From positions 1,284-65,283 of the forward strand of contig JAEUTC010000219.1 of NCBI GenBank assembly GCA_016787985.1: a DNA stretch of 64,000 nt, read 5' to 3'. Positions 9,520 through 18,677 of the stretch are shown here, one piece after another; the first letter of the stretch is position 1; every line of letters begins with the position of its first letter. The notes below the pieces were generated by a model that was not told the DNA's origin, ran no database searches, and saw nothing but the letters and a program-made list of their open reading frames with translations. The position numbers and the translations under genes are program-made. Source of the DNA: Flavobacteriales bacterium (lineage in GTDB: Bacteria; Bacteroidota; Bacteroidia; Flavobacteriales_F; PHOS-HE28).

Positions 9520-9951
9520 ATGGAACAGACAACGACCCGGAAGGTTAGCGCCGTTCTCGACGGTGCACCCTATGCCACCGAGATGACCACCCGAGGCCTT
9601 CACTGGCTCGCCGATGAACCGGTCGATCACGGAGGTACGGACCAAGGGCCACGACCACATGAGATGCTGCTGGGTGCGCTGGCTTCGTGCACCGCCATCA
9701 CCATGCGTATGTACGCCGATCGTAAGCAGTGGAACGTGGGGCGCATCGGAGTACACGTTACCATGGAGCGCACCCAGCGTGGAGCCGAGATCGAAACGCA
9801 CATCCATATGGATATCGACCTTGACCCTACGTTGCCGGAAGACCAGCGCCAACGGTTGGCCCAGATCGCCCGCTCATGCCCTGTCCACCGCACGCTGGAA
9901 AACCCCATTCATCTGAGTTCCGGCTTATTGGGGCCTGGTCTGGCTGACTGA
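9520..9951 (+). CDS. OsmC family protein
   Basis: GGTDQGPRPHEMLLGALASCTAITMRMYA ... ARSCPVHRTL is the OsmC/Ohr fold signature. Confidence 0.8.
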   Translation: MEQTTTRKVSAVLDGAPYATEMTTRGLHWLADEPVDHGGTDQGPRPHEMLLGALASCTAITMRMYADRKQWNVGRIGVHVTMERTQRGAEIETHIHMDIDLDPTLPEDQRQRLAQIARSCPVHRTLENPIHLSSGLLGPGLAD

Positions 9952-9982
9952 TCGGATCCGGTGTGCTACCTTTCCTCTTGCC

Positions 9983-10399
9983 ATGAGCAAGGAACATACT
10001 TACACCAACGGGGAGGTCACCATTGTTTGGAAGGCCGACCTGTGCATCCATAGCAAGAAGTGCTGGATCGGCCTGGGCGAGGTCTTCAAGCCCGGCCAAC
10101 GGCCTTGGATCGATCCCTCAGGGGCCTCCACCGAACGCATCATCGCACAAGTGACCACGTGCCCGAGTGGTGCCTTATCGTACCGCTTGAACGACTCAGG
10201 AACTGCTGCGGCGCAGGCGAGCACGGAGGTGGAAGTGACGGCGAACGGCCCGTTATTGATAAAGGGCGGCTGCCTGGTGAAACATCCCGACGGGCACACG
10301 GAAGCGCGAGAAACCGTTTCGGCTTTCTGCCGCTGTGGCGCCTCCGCGAACAAGCCTTATTGTGACGGTAGCCACCGGAAGTCGGGCTTCGTGGGTTGA
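9983..10399 (+). CDS. Iron-sulfur protein: DUF1271-like ferredoxin domain fused to a CDGSH domain
   Basis: N-terminal VTIVWKADLCIHSKKCW...TTCPSGALSY. C-terminal CRCGASANKPYCDGSHRK is the CDGSH motif. Confidence 0.75.
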   Translation: MSKEHTYTNGEVTIVWKADLCIHSKKCWIGLGEVFKPGQRPWIDPSGASTERIIAQVTTCPSGALSYRLNDSGTAAAQASTEVEVTANGPLLIKGGCLVKHPDGHTEARETVSAFCRCGASANKPYCDGSHRKSGFVG

Positions 10400-10471
10400 G
10401 GCTGCGGTCCGTTCCTTCCTCCATCCATACCGTTCCAGCGGAAAAGGCGTGCGCGGCGGCGAGCAAGGGGT

Positions 10472-10479
10472 TAACTTTG
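10472..10479 (+). promoter_or_regulatory. Candidate -7 box TAACTTTG
   Basis: Exact TAnnTTTG match 27 nt upstream of the ATG at 10506. No clear -33 TTG. Confidence 0.3.
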
Positions 10480-10505
10480 CACCGTTCAAGTCCTTGGAAA
10501 GCCGC

Positions 10506-11960
10506 ATGATCGTACAGGATCCACAGCACGTGCCCCTGAGCCCGGCGCAGAAAGCACGCCGGATCAATATGGACAGCGACCTGTATGGCACCTTCGCCGA
10601 GATCGGTGTGGGCCAGGAAACGGTGCGTCATTTCTTTCGGGCGGGCGGGGCTTCGCAGACCATCGCGAAGGCCATGAGCGCATACGACAAGGACTTCAGC
10701 AACGCCATCTATGGCAAGGAGCCCGGCAACCGCTTCGTGTGCGAAAGCCGCTTGATGAACATGCTTCGGCATGAGTTCGGCCTGATCAATGAGCGACTGA
10801 ATCGCGCCGACCATCCCACCAAGAAGTTCTTCACCTTCGCCAATACCGTGGCGGGCAGCACCTTCGAGCGGCCCCACAGCGGCCATGGCTGGATCGGCGT
10901 CCGGTTCCAGACCACACCCGATGGGCCCACCAACGACGTCATCATCCACGTGCGCTTGCACGACCCCGATATCAGCCTGCAACAGGAGAGCATCGGGGTG
11001 ATGGGTGTGAACCTTCTCCACGGATGCCTCATGCACCACGGCGATCCGCATACCATCATGACCGCGCTGTACGACAACGTGAGCCGGCACGTGGTGGAGG
11101 TGGATATGATCCAGATGAACGGACCCGCGTTCGCCAGCGTGGATAACCGGTTGCTGAGCCTGCAACTGGTGAAGCGTGGTTACACCGACGCCGTGCTCTT
11201 CGGGCCCGATGGTCAGAACCTGCAAGCCAGTGAAGCGCTGTACAAGAAGAACATCCTGGCCATCCGCGGCAGCTTCCGCCCGGTGACCAAGGTGAACATA
11301 GACATGATCATGAACGGCTACAACATGTTCATCAAAGAACAGCGTGTGGACCGTCAGAACCTGCAGGTGCTCTTTGAGATCACCCTTAACAACCTGCGCG
11401 CCGATACCGGTGATGTGGACGAGAAGGACTTCATCGACCGGGCCGATATCCTCTGCTCGCTTGGCCAGACCGTGCTGATCAGCAACTACCAGGAGTACTA
11501 CAAGCTGGTGGAATACTTCAGCCGGTACACGAAGGCCCGCATGGGCGTGATACTCGGCGTGAACAACCTGATCGAGGTGTTCGACGATAAGTACTATCGC
11601 CACCTGAACGGCGGTATGCTGGAAGCTTTCGGTATCCTCTTCACGCGCGACCTGAAGATCTACGTTTACCCCAGCCGCGCTTCGGTGAACGACGAGATCA
11701 TGACCACGGAGAACATGCCCGTGCATCCGCGGTTGAAACCCTTGTACGACTACCTGCTCTTCAACAAGCGGATCGTGGACATCAACACGTTCGACCCCAA
11801 CGTGCTCCACATCTTCAGCAAGGCCGTGCTTGACCTCATACGACAGGGCAAACCAGGCTGGGAAGATCTAGTCCCACCCTACGTGGACAATATGATCAAG
11901 GACAATAAGCTGTTCGGCTACAAGCCCACCGGGAAGTCCGCCGATATGGCCCAGGCCTGA
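10506..11960 (+). CDS. Conserved Bacteroidota protein of unknown function (484 aa)
   Basis: ATG at 10506 (MIVQDPQHVPL...). The N-terminal motif DLYGTFAEIGVGQETVRHFFRAGGASQTIAKAMSAYDKDFSNAIYG is familiar from a conserved family whose public annotations I remember as inconsistent. The 556-aa antisense ORF is a shadow. Confidence 0.7.
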   Translation: MIVQDPQHVPLSPAQKARRINMDSDLYGTFAEIGVGQETVRHFFRAGGASQTIAKAMSAYDKDFSNAIYGKEPGNRFVCESRLMNMLRHEFGLINERLNRADHPTKKFFTFANTVAGSTFERPHSGHGWIGVRFQTTPDGPTNDVIIHVRLHDPDISLQQESIGVMGVNLLHGCLMHHGDPHTIMTALYDNVSRHVVEVDMIQMNGPAFASVDNRLLSLQLVKRGYTDAVLFGPDGQNLQASEALYKKNILAIRGSFRPVTKVNIDMIMNGYNMFIKEQRVDRQNLQVLFEITLNNLRADTGDVDEKDFIDRADILCSLGQTVLISNYQEYYKLVEYFSRYTKARMGVILGVNNLIEVFDDKYYRHLNGGMLEAFGILFTRDLKIYVYPSRASVNDEIMTTENMPVHPRLKPLYDYLLFNKRIVDINTFDPNVLHIFSKAVLDLIRQGKPGWEDLVPPYVDNMIKDNKLFGYKPTGKSADMAQA

Positions 11961-12000
11961 GCCGCCCGTTACATCGACTCTCGCAGTGCATTCCTTGGGC

Positions 12001-12801
12001 ATGATGGCCTATGTGCTTTGCGAGATGCTCTGCTCGCTTTTGTTGCCTGCACCGCCGACCCGTCCGGTCCCCGAGCGGATCGTGACCCGGTTCGCGGTGC
12101 CTGCTGGGTATGCCAGGGTGCAAGTACCGCCCAACTCCTTCGCTGCCTGGCTGCGCCACCTGCCGCTTCAACCAGCCGGAACTCCGGTACTGCTCCACAA
12201 TGGAGAACCAAAAGCACGGCAGGATGTACACGCCGCCGTACTTGATGTCAGCGTAGGTGCGAAGGACCTTCAACAATGTGCCGATGCGGTAATGCGGTTG
12301 CGGGCCGAGTACTTATTCGCGCAAGGCCGGTTGAACGAGATCCACTACAACTTCACCAACGGGTTCAAGGCTGAGTTCCGCCGGTGGAAGAACGGAGAAC
12401 GCATCAAGGTGGTCGGGAACCAATGCACTTGGTCCGCTTCTGCTCGGCCGGACAGCTCCCATGCCTCTCTCCTCGCCTACCTGGACCGCGTGTTCACGTA
12501 TGCTGGGACATTGAGTTTGAGCAAGGAACTTCGCCCAACTGCGGGGTCCGACATCGAGCCCGGGGATGTGTTCATCCAGGGTGGAAACCCCGGTCATGCA
12601 GTGATCGTCGTGGATGTGGCCATGACCAGCGAAGGAAAGCGCGCATTCTTGCTGGCACAGAGCTACATGCCCGCACAAAGCATCCACATCCTGAGAAACC
12701 TTCACGAGCCTGCGAATGGCGCCTGGTTCGTGGAGGGCGTTGGAGAGGTGCTGCGAACTCCAGAATGGACGTTCGCTTGGAACGACCGCAAGCGGTGGTA
12801 G
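12001..12801 (+). CDS. DUF4846 domain protein
   Basis: The track ORF starts at GTG 11986; the first ATG is at 12001. FAVPAGYARVQVPPNSFAAWLRHLPL ... PGDVFIQGGNPGHAVIVVD fits DUF4846. The start is uncertain. Confidence 0.65.
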   Translation: MMAYVLCEMLCSLLLPAPPTRPVPERIVTRFAVPAGYARVQVPPNSFAAWLRHLPLQPAGTPVLLHNGEPKARQDVHAAVLDVSVGAKDLQQCADAVMRLRAEYLFAQGRLNEIHYNFTNGFKAEFRRWKNGERIKVVGNQCTWSASARPDSSHASLLAYLDRVFTYAGTLSLSKELRPTAGSDIEPGDVFIQGGNPGHAVIVVDVAMTSEGKRAFLLAQSYMPAQSIHILRNLHEPANGAWFVEGVGEVLRTPEWTFAWNDRKRW

Positions 12802-12805
12802 GCTT

Positions 12806-13993
12806 TCACCAGGGTAAGGTGTAGGGTTCCAATGCGAGTTCCTTCACCAGCTCTTGGCGCATGTTCTCGCGTGTGAGGCCCAAGCCCGCCAGTGCGTTGA
12901 ATACATCCGCCTCTCCAGAGGCCAGCACTGCGAAAAGGCCCTCTTTTCCGCGTGTGCGAAGAATGTGCTCACAAAAGGCTCCGCCGATGACGTAGGCGAG
13001 GTTCGTGTGCTCATTGATGTAGGTCGGTTCATAGCTGGTGAGGTCCCTTTCGAGATCCGGTTGAGCACCAGAAGCGAGGTAAGCCTTGAGGTTGGTCCGG
13101 TGCCAGGTGTAGGGCTGTTCTGAGCTCCCCGCGAGTAACGTGGCCAGGCCTTCGTCCAATACCCACGGTCGTTCTTGGAACTTCTGTCCGGTGAACAAGT
13201 GCACCACTTCATGGGTGTAGATCTCCTTGTTGTTCCCGGAAAAGACGAGGTCCTTGCCTTCTGCTCTTCCACCAGTGGGGAACACATGCATCAAGGGGTG
13301 CTGCTGGTAACCCCGGATCCGGAAGAGTTCCGTGGGATCCGTGCAGGAATAGAACGTGATCGGGACGGCGGGCATCTCAAAAAAGCGAGCTAGGCGCTCC
13401 ACGTCCTTCACCTGTTGCTGAGCTTGTTCCACGGAGAAGGTCCGCCCTGGCGAAACGATGTAGGTGACCGGCCCCATTTCGATCCGTTCCCAATCCCGGG
13501 TCAGGTGGTCCAAGGGAAAGGACAGCCGCACACCTTCCCTTGTGCGTATGGCCAGGAAGTCAAAAACATACCGGACGCGTTGGGCTATACCGGAACTATC
13601 CTCCTCGGCCCACCTGACGGTCAACAGGCGTTCGTCCGGGTTCCCGGTGTGGTTGATCGCGAGCAAGGTGGGCGGGTAGCGCGGCTCGCCCACGCTGTCG
13701 AATTCGGCCGCGAACAGTTCGCCATGGATGCCTCCGAAGCGCTCAAGATCCGCGGTCAGCCAGAAGTCATTGGCTCTTGGGGTATCCAATTTATGCAGGC
13801 AGAAACGCCGCAAGCAGGCGATCGCCTCCGCGTTGAGCGCGTCGGTCGTGTCCACCGTGGGCCAGATGCTGAGCTCCCCGAAGGAATACGGCCTCCATCT
13901 CTCCTCGCCGAAGGGTAAGGTCTCCTCCACCGGTGCATTACTCGCGCATGATGCGAGGGATACCAAGACCGCGAAGAGGTAGGTAGGAGCCAT
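12806..13993 (-). CDS. Putative secreted gluzincin-type metallopeptidase-like lipoprotein
   Basis: ATG at 13993 gives MAPTYLFAVLVSLASC, a lipoprotein-like signal. HEVVHLF is followed 18 residues after the second His by DEGLATLLAG, giving the HExxH...E arrangement. Confidence 0.6.
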   Translation of the reverse strand: MAPTYLFAVLVSLASCASNAPVEETLPFGEERWRPYSFGELSIWPTVDTTDALNAEAIACLRRFCLHKLDTPRANDFWLTADLERFGGIHGELFAAEFDSVGEPRYPPTLLAINHTGNPDERLLTVRWAEEDSSGIAQRVRYVFDFLAIRTREGVRLSFPLDHLTRDWERIEMGPVTYIVSPGRTFSVEQAQQQVKDVERLARFFEMPAVPITFYSCTDPTELFRIRGYQQHPLMHVFPTGGRAEGKDLVFSGNNKEIYTHEVVHLFTGQKFQERPWVLDEGLATLLAGSSEQPYTWHRTNLKAYLASGAQPDLERDLTSYEPTYINEHTNLAYVIGGAFCEHILRTRGKEGLFAVLASGEADVFNALAGLGLTRENMRQELVKELALEPYTLPW

Positions 13994-14167
13994 CTTCGGG
14001 AAAGCTACTTCATGATCAGCGCGCTCCAAGGTCAAGATCGTTAAAGCTTGTTTTAGCCTATTGGAACTGGTGCGTGTTGGCGATGATGTCGTGAGTACGG
14101 CAGTATTCCGGTATGTGTAATGGAGGTCTCGTGATGATCCTTAGTTTGCTCCCGATTCTTCGAGTCC

Positions 14168-17101
14168 ATGTCCACCGAGCGAACTGTGCGGACGATCCTG
14201 TGTGTACTGGGCTGGGTGATGCATTCCCTGGCTGCCGGACAAGACCCCTTCCATCGCTCCTTCACCATGGAGGATGGCTTGCCCAGCAACAAGGTCTATC
14301 GGGCCATCCAGGATCATGAAGGGTTCATGTGGTTCGCCACCGACAACGGGGTGGCTCGTTTCGATGGCCTGGAATTCACTGTGCTCGGATTGGAAGATGG
14401 CCTCGTGGACAATGAGGTGATCATGATCCAAGAGGATACGGAGCACCGCATCTGGTTCATGGGGTTAAATGGAAGACTGGCCTACTGGAAGGATGACAAA
14501 GTCTTCAATGAACGCAATGATCCGCGGTTGAAGGGAATACTGGCCACAGCGGGGTGGAGTACCATGGCCGTGGACAAGGACGGGGCCATTTGGTTCGGGG
14601 CGTTGAGCGGTGAATTGGTGCGGTTTGATATGGTACGTGGAGAACACCGTTACGTCGGGAACTCCATCATGAAACGGAACATCGGTCAGGATGCGCAAGG
14701 GTCGATCATATCCATTAGTGGCGGCGTATTCATGCTTCATGCTGGCGATAGCACCGCCATCCTTCATCATGATCAAACCAACTTGCACTCGACCCACCTC
14801 TACCCCAGTGGTCAGCCTGGTGCGGACCCGTTGGTCATGCTCCGCGGCCGTCTCCATGAAGTCTCGGCAAGCGGTATCCTACCACTTCCGAATGGCCCTG
14901 AACTGGATCCCCTCGTGCACCGAAGTGCTATGCGCACGGCACAGGGGGATATTTGGCTTCATCGCCATGACCGAGGAGTGGATCTTGTGGAAGCCACTGA
15001 AGGAGGCTACGGTCCGCTCAAACACTTCTTCAACGACAGGACCATCAACATGGTCTTCACGGACCGATCAGGTCATCATTGGATCTGTACGGCCTCACGT
15101 GGTGTGGTGCTTTTGACGAAGGAGCAGCTGGATCGAACGCGTTGGTTGACAGGCCATGATGTCAGCGAAGGCCTTATGACTTCCATGGAGAAGAGTGGTG
15201 ACCGTGTTTGGATCGGAACGGATCAAGGTCGTATCCTGATCTACGATAACGGTGTTCTCCTTCCCTTCGAGAAGGTTCGGAGTGATGTTCCAACCGGCCG
15301 CGTTCTGCGCATTCTTTCCGATCCCGACGGGACCACTTGGTTCGGAACGGACTATACCCTATATCGATGGAAGCCGTCAAGACCAGACCGCTTGGATCAC
15401 TTCGCTGGGTATACCATAGCATCTAAACCGCCATCGTGGACCGCTGTGAAAGCTCTCTTACGGACGAGTACCGGTGAACTACTTACCGGGGGTATAGGGC
15501 TCCATCGCGTTGAAACCAGAGCTGGGGTGAACGCTCTCTACACCTGGCTCGATGACTCTTATCTGCGCTTCAGGATCCGATGTCTTGGTGAAGACCAAAA
15601 AGGAGTGATCTGGGCGGGCGTGCACCATGGACTGCTCGAAGTGAACGATCATCGCGCCGTAGTCCACATGATCCCTGACAGTGTATTGTCCTCAGAGGTC
15701 ATCGACATGGTAGTTATTGGGCGGGACTCCCTATTGCTGGCCACGAACGGGAATGGCCTGATCCTATGGTCTTCGGAACGTGTATTGGGGCGTATCGGTC
15801 TCAAGGAGGGCCTACCCAGTATGAACATCAGGCGCATGCGCGCTTACGGCGATACGATATGGTGTGCCACACCCTCCGGCGTGGTGGCCTTGGTATTCGA
15901 ACATGGTAGCGTCGTGCAGTCTTGGACCTGGTCCGTCGATCAAGGCTTGCCAACGAACGACTTGTTCGACATGGTCGTTTGCAACGGTAAGCTCCTGATG
16001 ATATCGGATGAAGGGCTAGGCGTTTGCGCCTTAGAACCTGAAGAGGGTTCAGACTTGCTTGGACCGCTCCATGTGGCGCGTTTCCAAGTGAACGATCGCA
16101 GCCTGGGCGGTCCGAGATCCACTCCCGCACTGCTGCGCCGAGGCGACAGGGTGAGGATCGACGTACACGCATTGGAATTCGTAAGGGCACATGCGGTGGA
16201 ATATGCCTATTCACTTGACCAGTCCAAAGTCTGGCATTCATGCACGAACGGACAAGTCGTCCTTGATGGACCATCGGATGGCGTTCACAAGGTCGCCATC
16301 CGAGCCCGCCTGCCGAACGGGCCATGGACAGCACCCATTACGCTGGAATTCGAAGTGCGTCCTCCTTGGTGGGCACGACGATGGGTGTTGATCGCAGGGG
16401 GCAGTATCATCATACTTGGGATCATCTTCACCCTGTGGCGTTTCGAACGCACTCGCTACCGGAAGCGGCTCGCTATGGTCACTGCACAGATGGCCTTGAA
16501 CGAAGAGCGTAGACGCATCGCCGCCGATGTGCATGATGACCTTGGGGCCGACCTGAGCCGTTTACTCCTCCAGGTGAGGCGGAACGATATCGTCCCGGAT
16601 GATCATGAGCGTCGGTTGAGCGAAGGCGTAATAGCCGCCATCAACAAGATCGACGAGATCATCTGGTCACTCGACCCCAAACGGGATACGCTGCGGGGGA
16701 CGCTCAACTTCATCGAACGCTACGCCCTGGAGTTGTGTGAGTCGAATGGTTTGGCGTTCAGGACCACTGCTGAATTACCCGATACGGAAATACCCTTAAC
16801 GGCCTATGAACGGCGTGAAGTGTTCCTCATCGTCAAGGAGGCCATGCGCAATGTGGTGAAACATGCGGCAGCGTCCACCATGAGTCTGCACGCAGCACTG
16901 AATGGTGAGGTGCTGATCATCTCCATCTCCGATGACGGAAAAGGGATCCGTTCGGATGGGATACCGGGTGGTAGGAATGGAATGAGGAATATGCACGAGC
17001 GAGCATCCCGACTAGGTGGCTTGGTCCTCCTACAGCCGATACGGCCCACAGGCACAAGCATCGAACTGCACTTTCCTCCTAAGAATCGTCCGAATGGATG
17101 A
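14168..17101 (+). CDS. Sensor histidine kinase with periplasmic two-component-regulator propeller / Y_Y_Y region
   Basis: 977 aa. Repeated DGLPSN...FATDNG-type propeller blades and one TM segment (WVLIAGGSIIILGIIFTLW). HisKA_3 box RRRIAADVHDDLGADLS. HATPase_c (EAMRNVVKHA...DDGKG). Confidence 0.85.
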   Translation: MSTERTVRTILCVLGWVMHSLAAGQDPFHRSFTMEDGLPSNKVYRAIQDHEGFMWFATDNGVARFDGLEFTVLGLEDGLVDNEVIMIQEDTEHRIWFMGLNGRLAYWKDDKVFNERNDPRLKGILATAGWSTMAVDKDGAIWFGALSGELVRFDMVRGEHRYVGNSIMKRNIGQDAQGSIISISGGVFMLHAGDSTAILHHDQTNLHSTHLYPSGQPGADPLVMLRGRLHEVSASGILPLPNGPELDPLVHRSAMRTAQGDIWLHRHDRGVDLVEATEGGYGPLKHFFNDRTINMVFTDRSGHHWICTASRGVVLLTKEQLDRTRWLTGHDVSEGLMTSMEKSGDRVWIGTDQGRILIYDNGVLLPFEKVRSDVPTGRVLRILSDPDGTTWFGTDYTLYRWKPSRPDRLDHFAGYTIASKPPSWTAVKALLRTSTGELLTGGIGLHRVETRAGVNALYTWLDDSYLRFRIRCLGEDQKGVIWAGVHHGLLEVNDHRAVVHMIPDSVLSSEVIDMVVIGRDSLLLATNGNGLILWSSERVLGRIGLKEGLPSMNIRRMRAYGDTIWCATPSGVVALVFEHGSVVQSWTWSVDQGLPTNDLFDMVVCNGKLLMISDEGLGVCALEPEEGSDLLGPLHVARFQVNDRSLGGPRSTPALLRRGDRVRIDVHALEFVRAHAVEYAYSLDQSKVWHSCTNGQVVLDGPSDGVHKVAIRARLPNGPWTAPITLEFEVRPPWWARRWVLIAGGSIIILGIIFTLWRFERTRYRKRLAMVTAQMALNEERRRIAADVHDDLGADLSRLLLQVRRNDIVPDDHERRLSEGVIAAINKIDEIIWSLDPKRDTLRGTLNFIERYALELCESNGLAFRTTAELPDTEIPLTAYERREVFLIVKEAMRNVVKHAAASTMSLHAALNGEVLIISISDDGKGIRSDGIPGGRNGMRNMHERASRLGGLVLLQPIRPTGTSIELHFPPKNRPNG

Positions 17102-17135
17102 TGCGGACATCGGTCCACGCCCCCATCTTTAGCGC

Positions 17136-17777
17136 ATGACGTCTTGGGAGAACCCGCATACGTTGGTGGATGTGACGCTGGTGGAGGACCACGCGGAGTT
17201 CCGTGAAAGCCTCCGCTTCATCCTGGCGAACACCGGCCATATCCGTTGTCAAGCCTACGCCACCGCGGAGGAGGCTCTCGGTCCCATCCTCATCCATCGA
17301 CCCGATGTCATCATCATGGACATACGGTTGCCCGGTATGGATGGCATCGCGTTCACCAAACAACTGGTCGAGAATGTTCCTGATATCCTCGTGGTCATGT
17401 GCACCGTTCAAGAGGATGATGAGTTGATCTTCCAGGCCTTGCGCGCTGGAGCGAAGGGCTATCTGCTCAAGCGATCGAGCGTGGAGGATCTGGTGGAGGC
17501 CATCAGGCAGGTGCTTGCCGGTGGATCGCCCATGAGCCCGGCCATCGCTCGCCGCGTGGTCAATAGCTTTAGACCTGAGCGTGCCAAAGACCTGAATGCC
17601 CTCACCGAAAGAGAGCAGAAAGTACTCGATCTGATGAGCACGGGCATGACCGCACGCGAGATCGGAGAGCGCCTCTTCGTAAGTGTGAACACGGTGCGCA
17701 CGCACATCCGGCATATCTATGAGAAGCTTCATGTGCAAAGCCGTGTGCAGGCTGCTCGGAAAGCCGGTAAGAGCTGA
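17136..17777 (+). CDS. Response regulator, NarL/LuxR family
   Basis: Receiver domain (PDVIIMDIRLPGMDG) plus C-terminal LuxR HTH (LTEREQKVLDLMSTGMTAREIGERLFVSVNTVRTHIRHIYEKL). Confidence 0.9.
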   Translation: MTSWENPHTLVDVTLVEDHAEFRESLRFILANTGHIRCQAYATAEEALGPILIHRPDVIIMDIRLPGMDGIAFTKQLVENVPDILVVMCTVQEDDELIFQALRAGAKGYLLKRSSVEDLVEAIRQVLAGGSPMSPAIARRVVNSFRPERAKDLNALTEREQKVLDLMSTGMTAREIGERLFVSVNTVRTHIRHIYEKLHVQSRVQAARKAGKS

Positions 17778-17795
17778 GATGCACCCCAGCGTACA

Positions 17796-17817
17796 GAATC
17801 ATCCGATCGTATGATTC
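17796..17817. promoter_or_regulatory. 22-bp near-perfect palindrome (candidate regulator binding site)
   Basis: GAATCATCCGATCGTATGATTC is symmetric at 20 of 22 positions. It lies 19 nt after the response-regulator stop and ~86 nt upstream of the ATG at 17903. Confidence 0.3.
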
Positions 17818-17902
17818 CATCCCGTTCGGCTTGATGTGCCTTTGCATCGTGTCATCCGCTTGACATCGGGGTCGCCGAAAACCGTGCAGAGTAGGCTGTC
17901 GG

Positions 17903-18529
17903 ATGAAATTCTATGTGAACATGAGGAACAGCACCTTCAAAACTTGGATGATGGGAGCGGCCGTGGTCTGCTTAGGACTCGTAGGCTGTAAGAAAGAGGA
18001 GACGGAACCCTCCCCGGGGAACGTGGTCGATGAACAGTTCCAGCCAAAGAACAACACGTTCATGTTCCGCGGAAGTATGACGGGAAGTGCGCCGTGGGGC
18101 GCCTTCAGCTACCATCGTTGGAATATCCAAAGCAACTGTTCTGAGACCGGTTCGATCCCTTTCGTTGCTGCTCCAGCGGTCGCTTTGGATGCCAACATCC
18201 TACCGGGTACACCGTCCTTTGTGCGCATCTCCCAAACTGGGCAAACGGGATTCAAGACTATGCAACGCGGAGATCAGTTCGGTTCCTTGGATTCCTGGGG
18301 ACCTTGGTATCTGTTAACCCCGGAGTTCGGCCCGCCCCTTTCTGTTCGCAAGCGATTGCTCATGCGACTCAAGATGGTGCCACTTTCAGGAGGTGGTACG
18401 TATAACGGCGGTATAACCTACAACGGTACTACGAACACTTGGAACTACGCCAGTGCAGCGGCAACTGGACGATTCCAATTCCAAGAAGTAACCCAGCAGT
18501 TCTTGTCCTTGTGCGATAGCCGAAATTGA
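17903..18529 (+). CDS. Lipoprotein of unknown function
   Basis: Signal with lipobox AAVVCLGLVGC; an alternative ATG lies at 17921. No family recognised. GC looks lower than the flanks by eye. Confidence 0.6.
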   Translation: MKFYVNMRNSTFKTWMMGAAVVCLGLVGCKKEETEPSPGNVVDEQFQPKNNTFMFRGSMTGSAPWGAFSYHRWNIQSNCSETGSIPFVAAPAVALDANILPGTPSFVRISQTGQTGFKTMQRGDQFGSLDSWGPWYLLTPEFGPPLSVRKRLLMRLKMVPLSGGGTYNGGITYNGTTNTWNYASAAATGRFQFQEVTQQFLSLCDSRN

Positions 18530-18548
18530 ACTCGAGCCTCTTTCCATC

Positions 18549-18578
18549 GAATGGGTCGCAGTCAACTGCGACCCATTC
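18549..18578 (+). terminator. Rho-independent terminator
   Basis: gaatgggtcgcag-tcaa-ctgcgacccattc forms a perfect 13-bp stem. It is followed by tatttc. Confidence 0.8.
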
Positions 18579-18677
18579 TATTTCAAGGACATGCTATTCT
18601 GTGGAACTCCTTGCACTGATCGGCACTTCCGTCACAAGCCGTGGTACCGACCCTCCAGCTTAACGTACTTTTCACCC

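Noticed and set aside
10140-11810. 556-aa ORF on the minus strand
   Set aside because: It is antisense to the conserved 484-aa gene. Its composition (V/H/D/G/R-rich, e.g. VERVDVHDPLVEEQVVVQG) is typical of a shadow ORF in GC-rich DNA. It has no motifs.
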